From Bacteroidota bacterium (lineage in GTDB: Bacteria; Bacteroidota; Bacteroidia; Sphingobacteriales; Sphingobacteriaceae): 24,000 nucleotides of DNA. The stretch spans positions 1-24,000 of the forward strand of contig JABDHD010000056.1 of assembly GCA_013285685.1 (NCBI GenBank). Direction: 5' to 3'. Below are positions 22,630-24,000 of the stretch, piece after piece. The notes beneath the pieces are model-generated. The model was given only the letters and a program-made list of their open reading frames with translations, was not told where the DNA came from and did not search any database. Position 1 is the first letter of the stretch. Every line of letters starts with the position of its first letter. The position numbers were made by a program, and so were the translations under genes.

Positions 22630-23406
22630 ATGAACCTTAAACAATTTTTATCTTTAAGCTGCGCGGCATTGTTATTTGCTTCGTGCAGCCATATTTACGA
22701 ACCTGCGCTTTATCACCAGGATATAGTTTACCAACCCAAGCCAACTTCGTTTGATAGTGTAAAAGCCATAAATTACATATCAGGCGCATTTAACGCCAAT
22801 TCAAATAGCAATTTAAACGATTTCGTGGTGAGCGGGCAGGTTAATTTAAGCCGCGGTTACGTTTTTAATAACTTCAACCTGTCCTATGGTGTTTTCGGCG
22901 CTGTTGGGCAATACGAAAGCGACCAGGCCAATAAAGGCGCCGCAACCTATTTTACTAATAAGTACTTTGAAGTGCTGGGCGGCCGGTTCTCGGCAAATGC
23001 TTTTGTCACCTCGGGCAGAACGGATTTCCGGTTTATAGGGGTTGAAATGGCCTACAGTCACGAGTACGGCACCTTTGCCGATTTTAGGCGGTATTTAAAT
23101 ACACTGCCAGGGAACTTCGTCGACACCAGAACAGACCTGGTAACCCTGGGCTTAACTTCGGAGATTATTTTCCATAACGTGAATGACAAAACTGTACAAA
23201 ACGGGATACGCGTGTTTTATGGCACTACTTTTGGCGACAACAATGCATTCCTTGATCAAAAGGTAAACGAAAGCCCTTTCAGCTTTACAACCAGCAGCGG
23301 TATTAACTTTTTTGCAAAAGCCAGCTATTTTATAACCTTTAAACAATTTATCAGTTCGGTCGAAATCGGCAACGGCTTCTTTTTAAGGTTTGGCTATAAA
23401 TTTTAA
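22630..23406 (+). CDS. hypothetical lipoprotein / outer-membrane beta-barrel-like protein
   Basis: The internal ATG 22630 gives MNLKQFLSLSCAALLFASCSH, a signal peptide with a lipobox Cys. Alternating beta-strand pattern with a terminal ...FLRFGYKF ending in an aromatic residue. Confidence 0.65.
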   Translation: MNLKQFLSLSCAALLFASCSHIYEPALYHQDIVYQPKPTSFDSVKAINYISGAFNANSNSNLNDFVVSGQVNLSRGYVFNNFNLSYGVFGAVGQYESDQANKGAATYFTNKYFEVLGGRFSANAFVTSGRTDFRFIGVEMAYSHEYGTFADFRRYLNTLPGNFVDTRTDLVTLGLTSEIIFHNVNDKTVQNGIRVFYGTTFGDNNAFLDQKVNESPFSFTTSSGINFFAKASYFITFKQFISSVEIGNGFFLRFGYKF

Positions 23407-23409
23407 AAT

Positions 23410-24000
23410 TTATTCCGAATAAACACTGCCAACCCTATCCCTCAGGTTATAACCTGAGGCCATTACTTCACCGTATGCTCCCGTGGTTCGTATTGCGATC
23501 AGGTCGCCGCGGTATGATTCAGGCATTTCCACATCCTTCTGGAAACAATCCGTGCTTTCGCATATCGGACCAACGACATCATAGTGTACAGTTGGGCTTT
23601 GGCGGTTGGCAGCAACACCGCGTTCATTACTTTCGGACTCTCTGCTCAAATTCTCAATTTGATGATAGGCCTGGTACAACATCGGGCGAATTAGTTCAGT
23701 CATTCCCGCATCTAACACCAGGAAATTCTTTTTCTGCCCGTTTTTTACGTACAGCACCCGGGATATCAGCGCCGAGCATTGCGCAACCAGGGCCCTCCCC
23801 AATTCAAAATGAACTTCCTGGCCGGGTTTTACATTTAAAAAATCCTTGAAGACTTTAAAATAGCTTTCAAAATCAGCGGTTCCGTTTGTGTCCGGGTTGT
23901 GATAGTCAACGCCAAGGCCCCCGCCGGTATTCAGCAGCTTTACCTCAAAGCCATGATCAGCAAACCAGTCTTGCATCTCGTTAATGCGTGTACACAGGTT
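23410..24000 (-). CDS. lysA: diaminopimelate decarboxylase, C-terminal part (gene continues beyond the window end)
   Basis: GGGLGVDY, ELGRALVA, LVLDAGMTELIRPMLYQAYH, DVVGPICESTD and GAYG...YN.R motifs typical of LysA. The reading frame is open to position 24000. Confidence 0.9.
   Translation of the reverse strand, partial: NLCTRINEMQDWFADHGFEVKLLNTGGGLGVDYHNPDTNGTADFESYFKVFKDFLNVKPGQEVHFELGRALVAQCSALISRVLYVKNGQKKNFLVLDAGMTELIRPMLYQAYHQIENLSRESESNERGVAANRQSPTVHYDVVGPICESTDCFQKDVEMPESYRGDLIAIRTTGAYGEVMASGYNLRDRVGSVYSE

Noticed and set aside
23404-23412. The convergent stop codons of the lipoprotein gene and lysA are only 3 nt apart, with no terminator between them.
   Set aside because: Tight convergent packing is common and no structure is visible, so it is not worth a finding without transcript data.
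23600-23680. The lysA segment encoding ENLSRESESNERGVAANRQSPTVH looks like an insertion relative to the LysA sequences I remember.
   Set aside because: Loop-length variation in this region of LysA is plausible, and I cannot align it without tools. The flanking catalytic motifs are intact.

Overview
This 24-kb chromosomal window looks like a Bacteroidota genome of the Sphingobacteriia type. That taxonomic guess is inferred from gene content, lipoboxes of the type ...(A/V)SC, a TTTG/TAnnTTT(G/A)-like promoter and the absence of obvious Shine-Dalgarno sites. The core genes are a giant DUF2723/TMEM260-like membrane glycosyltransferase, a Vgb-like beta-propeller and an HxlR regulator divergent from a two-gene operon (DHFR-like and a beta-barrel-like protein). 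They also include a PAS/HisKA protein, a HAD hydrolase, a complete araB-araD-araA operon on the minus strand, a four-gene SDR/membrane/membrane/MBOAT_2 cluster, a lipoprotein beta-barrel and the 3' part of lysA. An accessory patch at about 5.4-11.8 kb starts with a DUF2130 protein (CxxC knuckle, long coiled coil, PD-(D/E)xK-like core) and a REP-flanked RAYT (IS200-like Y1 transposase). It continues with a visibly low-GC islet that holds a 4-TM protein and a DUF3800-like gene, which is both frameshifted and internally replaced by a cassette encoding a 2-TM protein. It ends with a lone RebB (R-body)-like protein carrying a long N-terminal extension. Nearly every long intergenic spacer is occupied by one of at least five unrelated palindromic repeat families. 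Only one family, the GCGTCCACGC hairpins, has a cognate transposase in the window, and a decayed second RAYT 3' end lies at 14.2 kb. I found no rRNA, tRNA or CRISPR array. All family assignments come from motif recognition by eye, with no searches run. The most system-like candidates are the DUF2130 nuclease-like protein, the disrupted DUF3800 locus with its cassette, the RebB-like gene and the MBOAT_2 cluster. None of these is demonstrated to be a system.
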